Part shown: piece by piece, positions 11,214-22,115 of the stretch
Layout: each line of letters starts with the position of its first letter
Numbering within the stretch: the stretch's first letter is position 1
Assembly (NCBI RefSeq): GCF_964194025.1
Contig: NC_134469.1
Span: 13,640,001-13,704,000 of the forward strand
Source: Convolutriloba macropyga
Lineage: Eukaryota
Direction of reading: 5' to 3'
DNA length: 64,000 nucleotides
Program-made: the position numbers and the translations under genes
The notes under the pieces: generated by a model
The model's database searches: none
Told to the model about the DNA's origin: nothing
What the model saw: the letters and a program-made list of their open reading frames with translations, nothing else

Positions 11214-11609
11214 CTAGCATTTTGTAAATACGTGGATGACAAATTTTATAAAGACACAAAAGAACAGACCAGTAATGTGACCCAAGAGACAAGAGCTCGG
11301 AAATTGAGGTAACATGTAACAAAAACCCGGTCCTTGGTTTGTAGTTGCTTTAACCGCTCCAGCAGAATCGTGTAAAATTGCATGTAAACGAAACACTTTC
11401 GATCTTGCGAGGAAAAAGTCCAGAATTGAATTACCGTAACCAAGTCCTCCGTGGGGGAAGTTTTGGTCAATTTCCTCCAAATTAATGTTTTGATCCCAAA
11501 TTTTACATGCAGCCAGGAAACAGTTTTTTCGTTTTTCGTTGTTGGGAAACATTGGAAGAATACTACTGTAACAATTAAAAATGTTTAGAAGTGTGACAAT
11601 ATCCATCAA
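11214..11609 (-). CDS. HD-motif protein, possibly a divergent phospholipase A2-like protein
   Basis: Intact ORF; GLGYGN...HAILHD spacing resembles the parvoviral PLA2 YLGPGN...HD pattern; hydrophobic C-terminus. Confidence 0.45.
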   Translation of the reverse strand: MMDIVTLLNIFNCYSSILPMFPNNEKRKNCFLAACKIWDQNINLEEIDQNFPHGGLGYGNSILDFFLARSKVFRLHAILHDSAGAVKATTNQGPGFCYMLPQFPSSCLLGHITGLFFCVFIKFVIHVFTKC

Positions 11610-11618
11610 TTTTTTTCT

Positions 11619-12014
11619 TTATTTATCTAAAGTGATACTAGTCTTTTTGAAAGTCTCTACATAAGAAAGAAGTTCAGGAAGATGTTCCAATAATTCTTTG
11701 TATTCCTCCTTTTTTAGTTCAATCTTTGTCAAAAAACTCCATTGAACTCCGTTCCAACGATGTTGTGAAATGGAAATTTCGTGTTTATCAGATAGATATA
11801 TTAAAGTAGTGCGTCGTAATCCGTTATAAATAACCCACTTTAGTTCTGAATAATTGGACTTACTGTCAAGTTTATCAATTTTGGGAAAATTTAGAGCTTC
11901 AAGAACTGTATAAGAAGACTTTTTTAGTTCGTAGTGAAATCTAACGTGGAAAACTTTTGATTTATTTCTTAGACTCAAAATAAGATTTCTGGAGGAACCA
12001 ATATTCCAACTCAT
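11619..12014 (-). CDS. Hypothetical protein, possible PC4-like ssDNA-binding fold
   Basis: Intact 131-aa ORF with ATG; beta-strand pattern ending IELKKEEYKELL. Confidence 0.5.
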   Translation of the reverse strand: MSWNIGSSRNLILSLRNKSKVFHVRFHYELKKSSYTVLEALNFPKIDKLDSKSNYSELKWVIYNGLRRTTLIYLSDKHEISISQHRWNGVQWSFLTKIELKKEEYKELLEHLPELLSYVETFKKTSITLDK

Positions 12015-12072
12015 TTTCAGTTTGAAAAAAACAAAAATGATTCAAATAATATGAATTAAAAAGACAAATACA

Positions 12073-12588
12073 TTATAAAATTACAAACTGAAATGTACAT
12101 TGTTGAATATTAGAAAAGTCCTTCAGATTTTGTATCAACTCCTTAAATTCATCCAGAGTGTAGCTGACATAAGTCACTTGTTTGAACTCGTTGTTCTCCT
12201 TTCTACAAAAAAGTCGAATTTGTACATAAGTTGAAGCTGGCTGGTCCTTGATGTATTGGAGGAAAGTAACATAGAGTCTGCGGTTTCGTCCAATGCTAAT
12301 CTCTCTCACCTTGTGACACTGTTCCAGCACGTGTTCCATGCCTATATTTTTGTCGAATTGAGGTTGGTGTTCTCTCATCTCCAGTTCTCCATTGAGAAGA
12401 TCTTCCTTGAGGAAGCAGAATTTCTTAAACTCATAGTCTCCAATTCGCAGTTGCTGGTACATTTCAAAAGTCCCAGAATTGTCTTTTCTAAAGACTTGGA
12501 TGGTTGGTTCAGTATAAATTTGTCCGTTTCTTGAAATCTGGGACATAGTTAATCTCCCAAATCTTTTCGAATTGGATCCAAAGTCCAT
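12073..12588 (-). CDS. Tandem PC4-like domain protein (may extend to ATG 12684 through one nonsense codon)
   Basis: LYVTFLQY...YVQIRLF...VSYTLDEFKEL resembles the PC4 pattern VxVxxF...VDIRxY...ISLxxEQWxxL; a second, weaker copy lies N-terminal. Confidence 0.55.
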   Translation of the reverse strand: MDFGSNSKRFGRLTMSQISRNGQIYTEPTIQVFRKDNSGTFEMYQQLRIGDYEFKKFCFLKEDLLNGELEMREHQPQFDKNIGMEHVLEQCHKVREISIGRNRRLYVTFLQYIKDQPASTYVQIRLFCRKENNEFKQVTYVSYTLDEFKELIQNLKDFSNIQQCTFQFVIL

Positions 12589-13131
12589 ATAAAAAGGAAC
12601 CGAATCAGTCCCTGGTTTTGGTTAGGATTGAGTGTACATTGAAGGAGCACTCGAAAGAAAAGGTGATACTTTAGAGAGAGACATTTCAACAGCTTGAGCT
12701 GAGAGTGAAATAGAAAATAAATGATTTGTATTTGTACGCAATTCCCCTCAATAACTTAAAATTTCCTTTTTTATGGTAAGTAATGACGTCATGTATACCC
12801 ATAAAAGGTATGCTAAATGACGTTATTTCCTTATAGGGTAATCTATTCGGAAATCTTGAGGTTCGTAAATTTTTTAACCAGAATTTCAAACGGATCCTGG
12901 TGTTTAGCTCGTCTGTGTTGCATTAAAGAAAAATAGTGCTTGAAATATTATGAACAAGTATAACAAAGAATTCTTTTAGTCTTCTGTTTCTTGAACTGCA
13001 ACTGCATCATTATGAAAATGATTTTTTAGCTTTTTATGAAAACAGAAATTGCAAGCTCTAAAAATAGAAAATTACGTTACCGTACTTTTTGTTTCCATAT
13101 ATAGGTTCTATTCTGTTATCCCGATATAGAA

Positions 13132-13737
13132 ATGGCAGCAATAATGTGTCAGGTTTTACCTCAATTTTACAGAGATTATAATGACAAGACATTATTCCTT
13201 TCTGTATCTGTTAAGGAGTATAAACCTTATCTACTCATTAAAAAATACTCCGTTGCTACTCATAATGACAATTTTTGTCCCTTAAAGACTTGTCGCTACC
13301 ACATTATTCTCATTTCATTCTCAGTGAAGGAGATACTAGAGATAATAGAAAATTTGTCTTATGTTTATCAAACAGTTGATTGCTTGTACACACTCTATAA
13401 ACACCAGTTCTTTGGTTCCATTATAGAAGAGTCAGGACTGGTCTTTGCTCAGTTAACCAGAGCGGTGGAGCACAACTTGAAGAAGTACGTGGAAAAAGTG
13501 ATCAGTATCTCCAAAAAACGATTGAGCAGAAAGAAGTTCAAGCGTCACCTACTACGCGCTGAGCAAAGAAATGCGAGCACTCAAACCCTTGGATCCTCTT
13601 TTCTAGATAGGGTGCATTCCCTTAGAAATTCAAAGTATGAGAGTGAACTTATAAAGATTGTTGATTGTTTGTTAGATGGACATGGCATAATTGATAATCT
13701 TGTTTTGTATCTTGAAATTAGAAAACAAAGTATATAA
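13132..13737 (+). CDS. Hypothetical Maverick protein (201 aa)
   Basis: Intact ATG ORF in a good context, divergent from the structural block; basic NLS-like KKRLSRKKFKR. Confidence 0.65.
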   Translation: MAAIMCQVLPQFYRDYNDKTLFLSVSVKEYKPYLLIKKYSVATHNDNFCPLKTCRYHIILISFSVKEILEIIENLSYVYQTVDCLYTLYKHQFFGSIIEESGLVFAQLTRAVEHNLKKYVEKVISISKKRLSRKKFKRHLLRAEQRNASTQTLGSSFLDRVHSLRNSKYESELIKIVDCLLDGHGIIDNLVLYLEIRKQSI

Positions 13738-14354
13738 TTTCTTGTTTGTGTTTTGTATCTGTGTTTATAATTTGAAAGAACGTATTGATAAAAATCAATT
13801 TTAAAAAAAACCGAAAATTCAAACAACTTTTTTGTTAAAAATCGAAAAAATTTTTAATATTTTCTCTTATATATCGAAAATTTTTTCAACACTTTTTCTT
13901 AAATATCGAGATTTGGATTTGAAAAATTTTCTTAAATGTCGAAAAATTGTTCAAAAACTGTTATTTAAAAACGCAGAAAAATATTCATTTTTCTTCATTT
14001 TACGATATGATTTTGCGCAAAAAAAGAAATTTTCTTTAAATTTTAAAATGACAACTGTCAAACTTGTTTTGTTTCAATAAATATCAAATCTCAAAACAAA
14101 AAATTTTATTAAAAATCGAAAAACTATTTCAGTTCTTTTCCTAAAAATCAATTTTTAAACGACTTTTTTTTGTTAAGAAACAGAATTTCTATCAAAGTTA
14201 AAATAAAATTTTGACAAAAATTGCTGTGTTTTTGTTTCAACATAGCTTGCATAGTGTTTGGAGTAAAGAGAAAGTTCAACTTAAAAGAAATGAATTCAAA
14301 CAAAAGTATAAATACATCACAAAGAATTCAACTATAAAATTTACAATATCAAAT

Positions 14355-15092
14355 TTATTCAAAAAGAGTTCTCACAACGTGATCTGGCAAGTATTGAATT
14401 TCATTGCCAAATGGACGGACTCTTTCAACAATTGCTGGAGGCTCTGTAGGTCGAACACTGATGGGAGTTACGAGAGCCTCATCTGTCAGCACAATGGGGT
14501 TGTGAGCTGTTCCGTCCTCTATGGAGGGGGTTGTCATTGACGGTGTAGTCGACATATCAGTCGAACCATAATACTGAGCTGGATCGAAGTTTTCCAGATC
14601 GTTAAATGACCACGTGGTGCTAGTATCGACACTCAATTCGCTTTGTTGACTGCTGCCAGCATTGCTCACTATCTGGAGAAGGCTGCTTTGCTGCTCTGGA
14701 CTGGATACTTGACTTGTCTCGGGTGTATGGAACCAGTTGTTGGGAATCTGTCCTTCCTCCCACGGAAATGTGTACTGAATGCTTCCAGCAACGTAGTTGT
14801 CGGGAAAATCTGTTCCGTTAACGTGAGGGCAGTGATGCCCACTGATCACAGCAACTTCGTGGCCCATTGGAACAGCGTGAGTTCCAAGCTGATTCTCCGT
14901 GATTGGAACCTGCCCCTGATGATATGTGTCAAACTGTTGTCGCTGGTGCTCAATAATGTGCCACACTGTGATAGGTAGGGTTACAACGGACTCGTAGAGC
15001 CCATTCGACAAGTCTCTGATGCTGATCCGACCGGTCTCCTCTAAGAAAGAAACTGAGTAGAGAAGGCTGTTGTTCTGCACTGTAAATTCCAT
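14355..15092 (-). CDS. Hypothetical Maverick protein (245 aa): compact N-terminal domain plus acidic S/T/P/Q-rich tail
   Basis: Intact ATG ORF with higher GC than its flanks. Confidence 0.7.
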   Translation of the reverse strand: MEFTVQNNSLLYSVSFLEETGRISIRDLSNGLYESVVTLPITVWHIIEHQRQQFDTYHQGQVPITENQLGTHAVPMGHEVAVISGHHCPHVNGTDFPDNYVAGSIQYTFPWEEGQIPNNWFHTPETSQVSSPEQQSSLLQIVSNAGSSQQSELSVDTSTTWSFNDLENFDPAQYYGSTDMSTTPSMTTPSIEDGTAHNPIVLTDEALVTPISVRPTEPPAIVERVRPFGNEIQYLPDHVVRTLFE

Positions 15093-15402
15093 TTCTCAAT
15101 GTGGTGAGACTAGAGTCAAAGGTAGTTGAGACAGAGGTGATGTTGTTTTTAAAGAGAAAGCAAGTGATGCTGGGTAAATTTTTCAGCTCTATTTATACTA
15201 AACTCCAACCATGGAGAACAAAGTTTCCAAAAAGGGTAATGTTTAGCAGAAAAAGTGACGTTATTTTCCAGAAAAGGAAATGTCTCAATTGTAAAGTGAC
15301 CAAAGAAGGAATCAACTCAGAAAATCTAACATTACTATTCGAAACAAGTAAGCTCAAAACTGAATAGACCAAAAAAGGTAACTTTTACACGTGTTACCCT
15401 AG

Positions 15403-15994
15403 TTAACAGCCAAAGATGGATAAGTTAGAGGAAATGAGTTGACAAAAAAAAGTCAAGCTTTGATAAATTCTCGCCATCTCGTTGAATCTCAAATCGATAT
15501 CGGAAGATGTTCCAAATTTGGAACTAAATTTTTGTACATAAATTTTGGGGAGTCGTATTCCAAATCGTACTCTTACCCCCTCTGCATTGTAGTCCTTGTA
15601 ATAATGAAAGAAGAGCGCACTGTGTAGAGATGAAGTAATTGTTACCGATTCAGGAATTGGGATATAATTAGATTGAGACAAATTTCTGTACTGTTCCATT
15701 ATCTCTGGGACAGAATTCAATATGAAAAGCATTTCATACTTGTTGATGTGTAGTTCTGACGATAAATCAAATGATTGTTTTATGTAGTCATCATACGAAT
15801 TTTTTTATAGAAAAGGTTGCATATTGAAATCCTTTACTAAATCGGATGATTCTGTTGTTTTGAGTAAAAACGTCCAAGAAATTGTAAAAGAAATAAGAGT
15901 CAACATCAATTTCGTCTACTCTGTAAGCATCAGCGATTCCTTCCTTTCTTTTGTAAATTTTTTCCAAAAGTTTTAAGTGATTTTTGATCAACAT
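15403..15994 (-). pseudogene. Hypothetical Maverick protein, frameshifted (possible PC4-like repeats)
   Basis: ORFs 15791-15994 and 15403-15732 join via YDDYIKQSFDLSSELHINKYE after one frameshift. Confidence 0.45.
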
Positions 15995-16745
15995 TTTTCA
16001 CAAATGAATACGGTATCAAGTAAAACCCTGTTAATATAAGAGAAAAATAAAATAGAAAAAGCAACGCATAAAATGAAATCGTTTATCTTGAGAATTAGAT
16101 TTCTAAAGCTGAAGTCTGATTGGGCGGGAGGTTCTATTACAACAACATTAAGTTGTACAACGTAAACTTGTTCTTCAATAATAGAAGGAAACTTTTTCTT
16201 GATCTCTCTCTTGTTGTGTTGAAAGCACATTTATGCGCTAGTTTCTATTTTCAATAAAACTAAATTTGATCTCAGACAGTAAAATTTATCAATATTTGAG
16301 ATACACAATTTTGGACTACATCTATTCAAAATACTGTGAATCGTGAATTTTTAAAGAATAGTTTTCTATTTGTAATTTTTTTGGTGAAATTTTCTGTATG
16401 GGAAAACTTAAATAAAGTTTAACAAATAAGAGTGAGAGGAAAATGAGAAAAAAATGTAAAGTTGGAATTTTTCGCCACGGAATGAACTTGTACATTTAAA
16501 CTGAAAGTTAGTTAATTATATGCAGAACTGTCGCAATTGGAATCATATCAATCTTCTAGAATGTTCTGGCATGACGCCTGAATCTAAAAATAGAAACAAC
16601 GTCATTTTAATACATGGAAGTGATGAGTAATCATCGAGTACCGCAAAGTTACATAGCAGCTTTAAATCATTATACTTTCTGTTTTTTCAGATTCAGTTGC
16701 TCCGCAATTTACTGAATTTTTCATAAATTCATCTTGAACTTAACA

Positions 16746-19700
16746 ATGCCTGCTCTCGATAGAAATCTCCCAGTGAAATGCACAAAGTGTGAAAAAATGG
16801 TTGCTAAACTAAACATGGCCAGGCACAAAAAATCTTGTGATAGTGGGACTTTATCATGTCCCAAATGTCCTAACTTTTTTACAAAGAAGAAGGAAGACTT
16901 GAACTATCACCTTGCCAAGCATCATGCCTCGAAAGATGTTCAGCTTAGTACTGTGTGTACTGTGTGCTTGGAAGAGTTCCCAAGCTTTTATTCTCTTCAA
17001 CAACACAAGAGGAGAAAGCATGGAACTTCGACAAAAATTGGGACCAAATCGAGTGAAAAGCTCAAAGAAGTCCTAGAATCAGAGGAGCTAGACCAGAACA
17101 ACGAGCAATTACAGCAGGCACTTAGTGCTTGTCAGCACTTTTTCACGATACGGAAATGGAGAATGGGAGACATCGAGTGTTTAACTTCAAGTTGTCCAAG
17201 CTCGATCCCAATGAGATCAACGAGAAAAAAAAAGAAGTTTTTGAAAAATTAAATTGTGCTGCCAAAGTAAATCTGGCTCTTGGATTTATTTTGCGCAATG
17301 TGGACATAGACGAGTATCGGTACTTTTATGCGCATGAGAACAACACTTTCTTTGAAAAATATCATTTGCTCTGCTCAAAAGGTGACTTGGTCTCTCTTCA
17401 AGACAGAGTAGAGAAAATGGATCTAGTGGAGACGTGTGCACAGGAGAGGGAAAATACAAAGTGGCAATTTGCTTTGACTACTAACGTAACAATATTCAGC
17501 GCTCTCCTAAAAAACATTCCAATGGGATGTATCGATGCTGTTCTTCTTGAACAGTATCTTAGACGACCAGATGTGAATTGTCTTGTATCGAATGGTTACG
17601 GCGAACCTTACAAAGATTATCTTTGCCTGTTCAGAGCTATAGCTGTCCACTTGTACGGATCATCTGAGTTGGAAACGAATGCTGCAAATTTGTTTAGTGC
17701 TTTTCTTCATGAATCTGGTGGACATGATGCAATCAATTTTAGAGGAGTATCAATCGATCACCTCGTGTTTGTTGAAAATGCGATAAAGCATAACATCTTT
17801 ATTTATGATATTGATATAGAGGAAGGAGAATTTGTCGGAGAACTTGCGAGAAGAAGTGTTGAAATGTACGAAAAGAACATTAATTTACTGCGATACAACG
17901 ACCATATATGCTACGTGGATGATATTAACACATTCTTTAAACGATTCCGTTGTCCCAGTTGCGATACATTTATAAAGCATGCAGGTCAATTCAACCCTCA
18001 TTTAAAATCCTGCAAAGACAGAGTACAGCATATTTACCCAAAGAGTGTGTATACTCTGCGAGAAACTTTGTTTGATAAACTCGATGCATTCGGAATTTCC
18101 TACAACGATGATCAAAAATTGTTCAAAAACTTGGCTATTTTTGACTTTGAATCTATCTGCGTTCCCACTGAAGAGCTAAAAGATACAAATACAACTACTT
18201 GGATTGGAAAACATGAGCCAATATCTGTCTCCATTTCCTCCAACTTGATTGAAGAACCTGTGTTTCTATGCGACAAAGACCCTAAGAACCTGATTGTTTC
18301 TTTTGTCGAAACTCTTGAGGAGTTAGCTAACAAGAGTAAAACCGAAATGCAAGCAAAATTTGCATCAATTCAGGAGATAATCAATAGCCGAGTTAAAGCC
18401 ATCTTTGAAAAATTGAAAGAAAGGAAAGGTCACACAACTCCTGCATTTGATTTTGAAGATGTGTATTGAAGAAGAGGAGGAAGCTGATATGTCTACTCAG
18501 TTCCTACAAATGCAGAAAAATCAACTTTTGGGCTTGCAACAACACTTTGAGCGTTATATCAACACATTTCCTGTATTTGGATTCAACAGTGGAAAGTATG
18601 ATTTGAATCTCATCAAATCCTATCTTCTACCTTATCTCATTCATGAACGGGATATTCAACCTACAGTTATCAAAAAGGCAAATCATTTTGTTTCCTTCAA
18701 GTTCGGTGACGTGCAGTTCCTTGACATTCTAAATTTCCTTGGAGGAGCTACATCTCGATTCATTCCTCAAAGCTTACAAGACCAGCGAGACTAAAGGTTT
18801 CTTCCCAAATGAATGGTTCGATTCTCCAAATAAACTTGACGCACCTTTTCTACTTTTCTACCCCCTATGAATGTTTCTTCAGTAAGCTGAAGGATCACAA
18901 CCCTTTGGAGAAGGAATTCACTAATTTTACTAAGTTGCTGAACAGTGGACTATCTCAACAAGAAGCTCTGAAAAAATTGAGACTGAAAGAACTTCCCCAT
19001 CTGGAGTCGATAACTACAATTACTTGAAAGTGATTTGGGAGGAAGAGCAAACGTCTACATATAGAGATTTTGTCAAGTGGTACAACAACAAGGATGTTGT
19101 TCCAACACTAGAAGCAATGAAAAAAATGATGGATTTTTATAACAACAAAGGAATTGACATGTTAAAACTCGGATGTACACTTACCAATTTGGCAAACATT
19201 TGTCTTCACAAGTCAACAAACCACAAATTTTTCCCATTTGTTGAAAGTGACAAGGATTTACATGATAAAATACGCGAAGACATGACTGGTGGACCTTCTA
19301 TTGTGTTCACAAGAAAGGCAGTAGTTGACCAAACCTACATCAGGAACTCAGAAAATATATGTAAATCTATCGTGGGTATTGATGCTAGTCAACTCTATCC
19401 CTTTTCAATGTGTCAAGAAATGCCAACAGGACTTTACACACGATGGCAGCTTGACACAAATTCTCAAAAATTCAAAGCTCGAAACAATAAATCTCGAACA
19501 TTTGAGAACATGGTCATGTCTTATCTCCAATCACAACGCCCAGAATGCACAATTGAAAGCTACTATACAACCGGGAAACAGGAAAAGATTGACTGTTTTA
19601 CCGTGGACGGTTTTTGTGCTCATTGCGACACAGTATTCGAAGCTATGGGTTGTTATTTCCACTTTTGCCCATTCCAAGAATCTCGAGCAAGCCTCTCGGA

Positions 19701-21082
19701 GGAGGAAATGCAGAGAGAAATTAGAAAAAGAGAACATGATGAACTGAGAAGAGATTATTTGAGAAACAAGGGATACAATATTGTTGAAGTCTGGGAGTGT
19801 AAATGGTTGGAACGTGTTGAAGAGGAAAGTGTCAGAAATCACGTGAGGAAGAAATTTCCCTTCAAACTACCTATGACGCAAGAGTCTCTTTTAGCGAAAA
19901 TAAGAGATGGGAAAATGTTTAGATATGTACAGTGCGATCTCGAAGTTCTCTAATTTCCCTCCTATTTTTAAGAAATTTAATATCAGTCGAGCCGATATTG
20001 GAGAATATATGAGAGAGTATGCAATTGAAAACAACCTACTCAAACATCCTCAACGAATGTTGATTTCGAGCTTCAAGTTGGAAAATGGGTCAATCATTTT
20101 TCCTTTACTCAACTTTTATCTCAGTCTTGGTCTGAAATGTACAAAGATTTATAGATTTCTACAATACACACCCAAAAAATGCTTCAACAATTTTGTTCAG
20201 TCAGTGGTAGATGCTAGAAGAGCGGGTGATGAAAATCCTGATTCTAGCGTTGTGGCTGAGACAATGAAATTGTTGGGTAACAGCTCTTATGGGTATCAAA
20301 TTATGGACAGAAGTAGACACACAGAGACCAAGTACCTGAATGATGAGAAGAAGCACAAAGCAATCAATGGGAAAATGTTTAAGCGTCTGAACAATGTGTC
20401 AAAAGAAATTTACGAAGTTGAGCTTGCAAAATCAAAAACTGAGCATCGAGAACCTATAATAGTTGGATTCTTCATACTTCAGTACGCTAAATTACGTATG
20501 TTGGAGCTCTACTATAGCTTCTGTGACAGATTTTGCGATGTGGATAAATTCGAAGTGTTAGAGATGGATACAGATTCTCTTTATTTAGCGCTAGCGCACG
20601 AGAACATTTATGATTGTATTCGACCTGCTAAAAAGGAAGAATGGGAGACTTTGCGAGAAAAGGACTGCGATGATTCCTTCAGAGCAGATGCCTCACACAA
20701 CTTTTTCCCTAGAACATGTTGTTCTAAGTATAAGAAGCATGATAAACGGGAACCAGGTCTTTTCAAGGAAGAATTCAGATGCACCGAAATGATTTGTCTC
20801 TGTAGTAAAACCTATTGTTGCTACGATGCTAGGTCAGACAAGTACAAAATCAGTAGCAAAGGCCTGAACAAAAGAACTCTGGAGGAGACTGGAGATGGAC
20901 CAATGGAAAAATATCGACGAGTGATGGATGAAATTATCAACCTTACTTCGACAAATAGAGGTTTCAGAACAATAAATCATTGTGTTGCTACATATGAACA
21001 GACAAAGAAAGGGCTATCCTATTTCTATCCCAAGCGAGTAGATCTAGATGACGTTATCCATACCGAACCCCTCAAATTGTAG
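16746..21082 (+). pseudogene. polB: Protein-primed family B DNA polymerase with N-terminal C2H2 zinc fingers and inserted Vsr-like endonuclease; ~5 frameshifts
   Basis: Exo I DFES, Exo II GFNSGKYD, Exo III YNNKDV, GGPSIVF, Pol A DASQLYP, Pol B KLLGNSSYG and Pol C EMDTDS across six consecutive ORFs. Confidence 0.97.
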
Positions 21083-21166
21083 AGCTTTTATAATAACTTT
21101 TATTCTTCTCTAATATGTGATATTTTTATTATTTTGTCTTTGTGAATTTTTATAATTATGCTTTAA

Positions 21167-21748
21167 AATTTATACCTATTTAATGTAAATGTTCGAGTGA
21201 TTTTGTAGTTTGATGTGCATAATTTATACTGTGTCTGTTATTTATAAATTTTTCAATTCAATTTTCTTTTAAAAAAAAGCTGTCATTTTTAACCAATCAG
21301 AAGAGAGTATTTAGAAATTATTGAAAAAACGGCGTAAAAATGTACAAAAACCTCAACAATTTTTCAAAAAATACCCCTAATCTTAATATATGTCAGCGGA
21401 TATAAATAATCTTAAAACATGTCGACCGCTATAACTAATCTTAATACATGTCGGCTGCTATAACTAATCTTAATACATGTTGGCCGCTATGACTAATCTT
21501 AATACATGGCGGCTATACCCAATCTTAATACATGGCGGCTATACCTAATCTTAATACATGGAGATTCTATTCCTAATCTTAATATATGCACCCTATACCC
21601 TATCTTAATACATTTAGGCGCCCCTAGATTCTATCCCTAATCTTAATACATCAGGGAAGATCCTTAGCCGTCAAAAACCGCTATAACCAATCTTAATACA
21701 TGGGGGTCTTCACCCCCCCCCCCGGGACTCGTCCACCCTATTACTACT
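21167..21748 (-). repeat. Right TIR of the Maverick (~582 bp)
   Basis: Reverse complement of 3884-4468. Confidence 0.96.
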
Positions 21749-22115
21749 GAAGGTAAAAAAGACACAAAGGGCTGAGATGTTAAATTTCGATTAAGAATCT
21801 GTATAACTGATTGCTGTTTCTATTAGACGCTCTTGAAAAACCTTCAAAAAGAGTGACAAGAACTCAATTGCCCTTCTCTCTTTGAATTAAAGCACAGAAA
21901 AGTCCATTTCAGAGTGAGAAGTCATTTTTGAGAGTGAGGTAAGTCACGTGTGACCAAAAATTTAATCACGCAAATGAACAAAAATACTAGCTCCACTAAG
22001 TGCAAAAAATGACGTCACGGGCGCAATTCAGTTGAAATTGAATGAACGAATGAACAAAAAGCAGATTTGAAGTGGTTGTGACGTCATTTGGTCGTAACAA
22101 AAATCTTGATGAAAT

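Larger units (their letters stand above)
3884..21748. mobile_element. Maverick/Polinton (adintovirus-like) element, full length, genes decayed
   Basis: Starts AGTAGTAATAGGGTGGAC (3884) and ends GTCCACCCTATTACTACT (21748). GAAGGT on both flanks (3878-3883, 21749-21754) is a 6-bp TSD. Long TIRs. Encodes pPolB, integrase, ATPase, protease and two capsid proteins. Confidence 0.98.
3813..22110 (-). mobile_element. HINE-like repeat copy split by the Maverick (parts 3813-3883 and 21749-~22110)
   Basis: The left flank (CATAGCTGGCAAATTGCCAGAAACTAGCCGCAATAG) and right flank together are collinear with the intact copy at 22116-22620. Confidence 0.8.

Noticed and set aside
14643-14978. Antisense ORFs overlapping real genes (also 6765-7025, 12256-12534, 19531-19842, 37076-37297, 60259-60558)
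   Set aside because: Shadow frames of coding sequence on the other strand; no motifs.
16746-21082. Programmed frameshifting or sequencing error as the cause of split ORFs
   Set aside because: In-frame nonsense codons also occur, and host genes NOC3L and SIRT6 in the same window are intact, so this is most likely real decay. Some homopolymer indels could still be errors.
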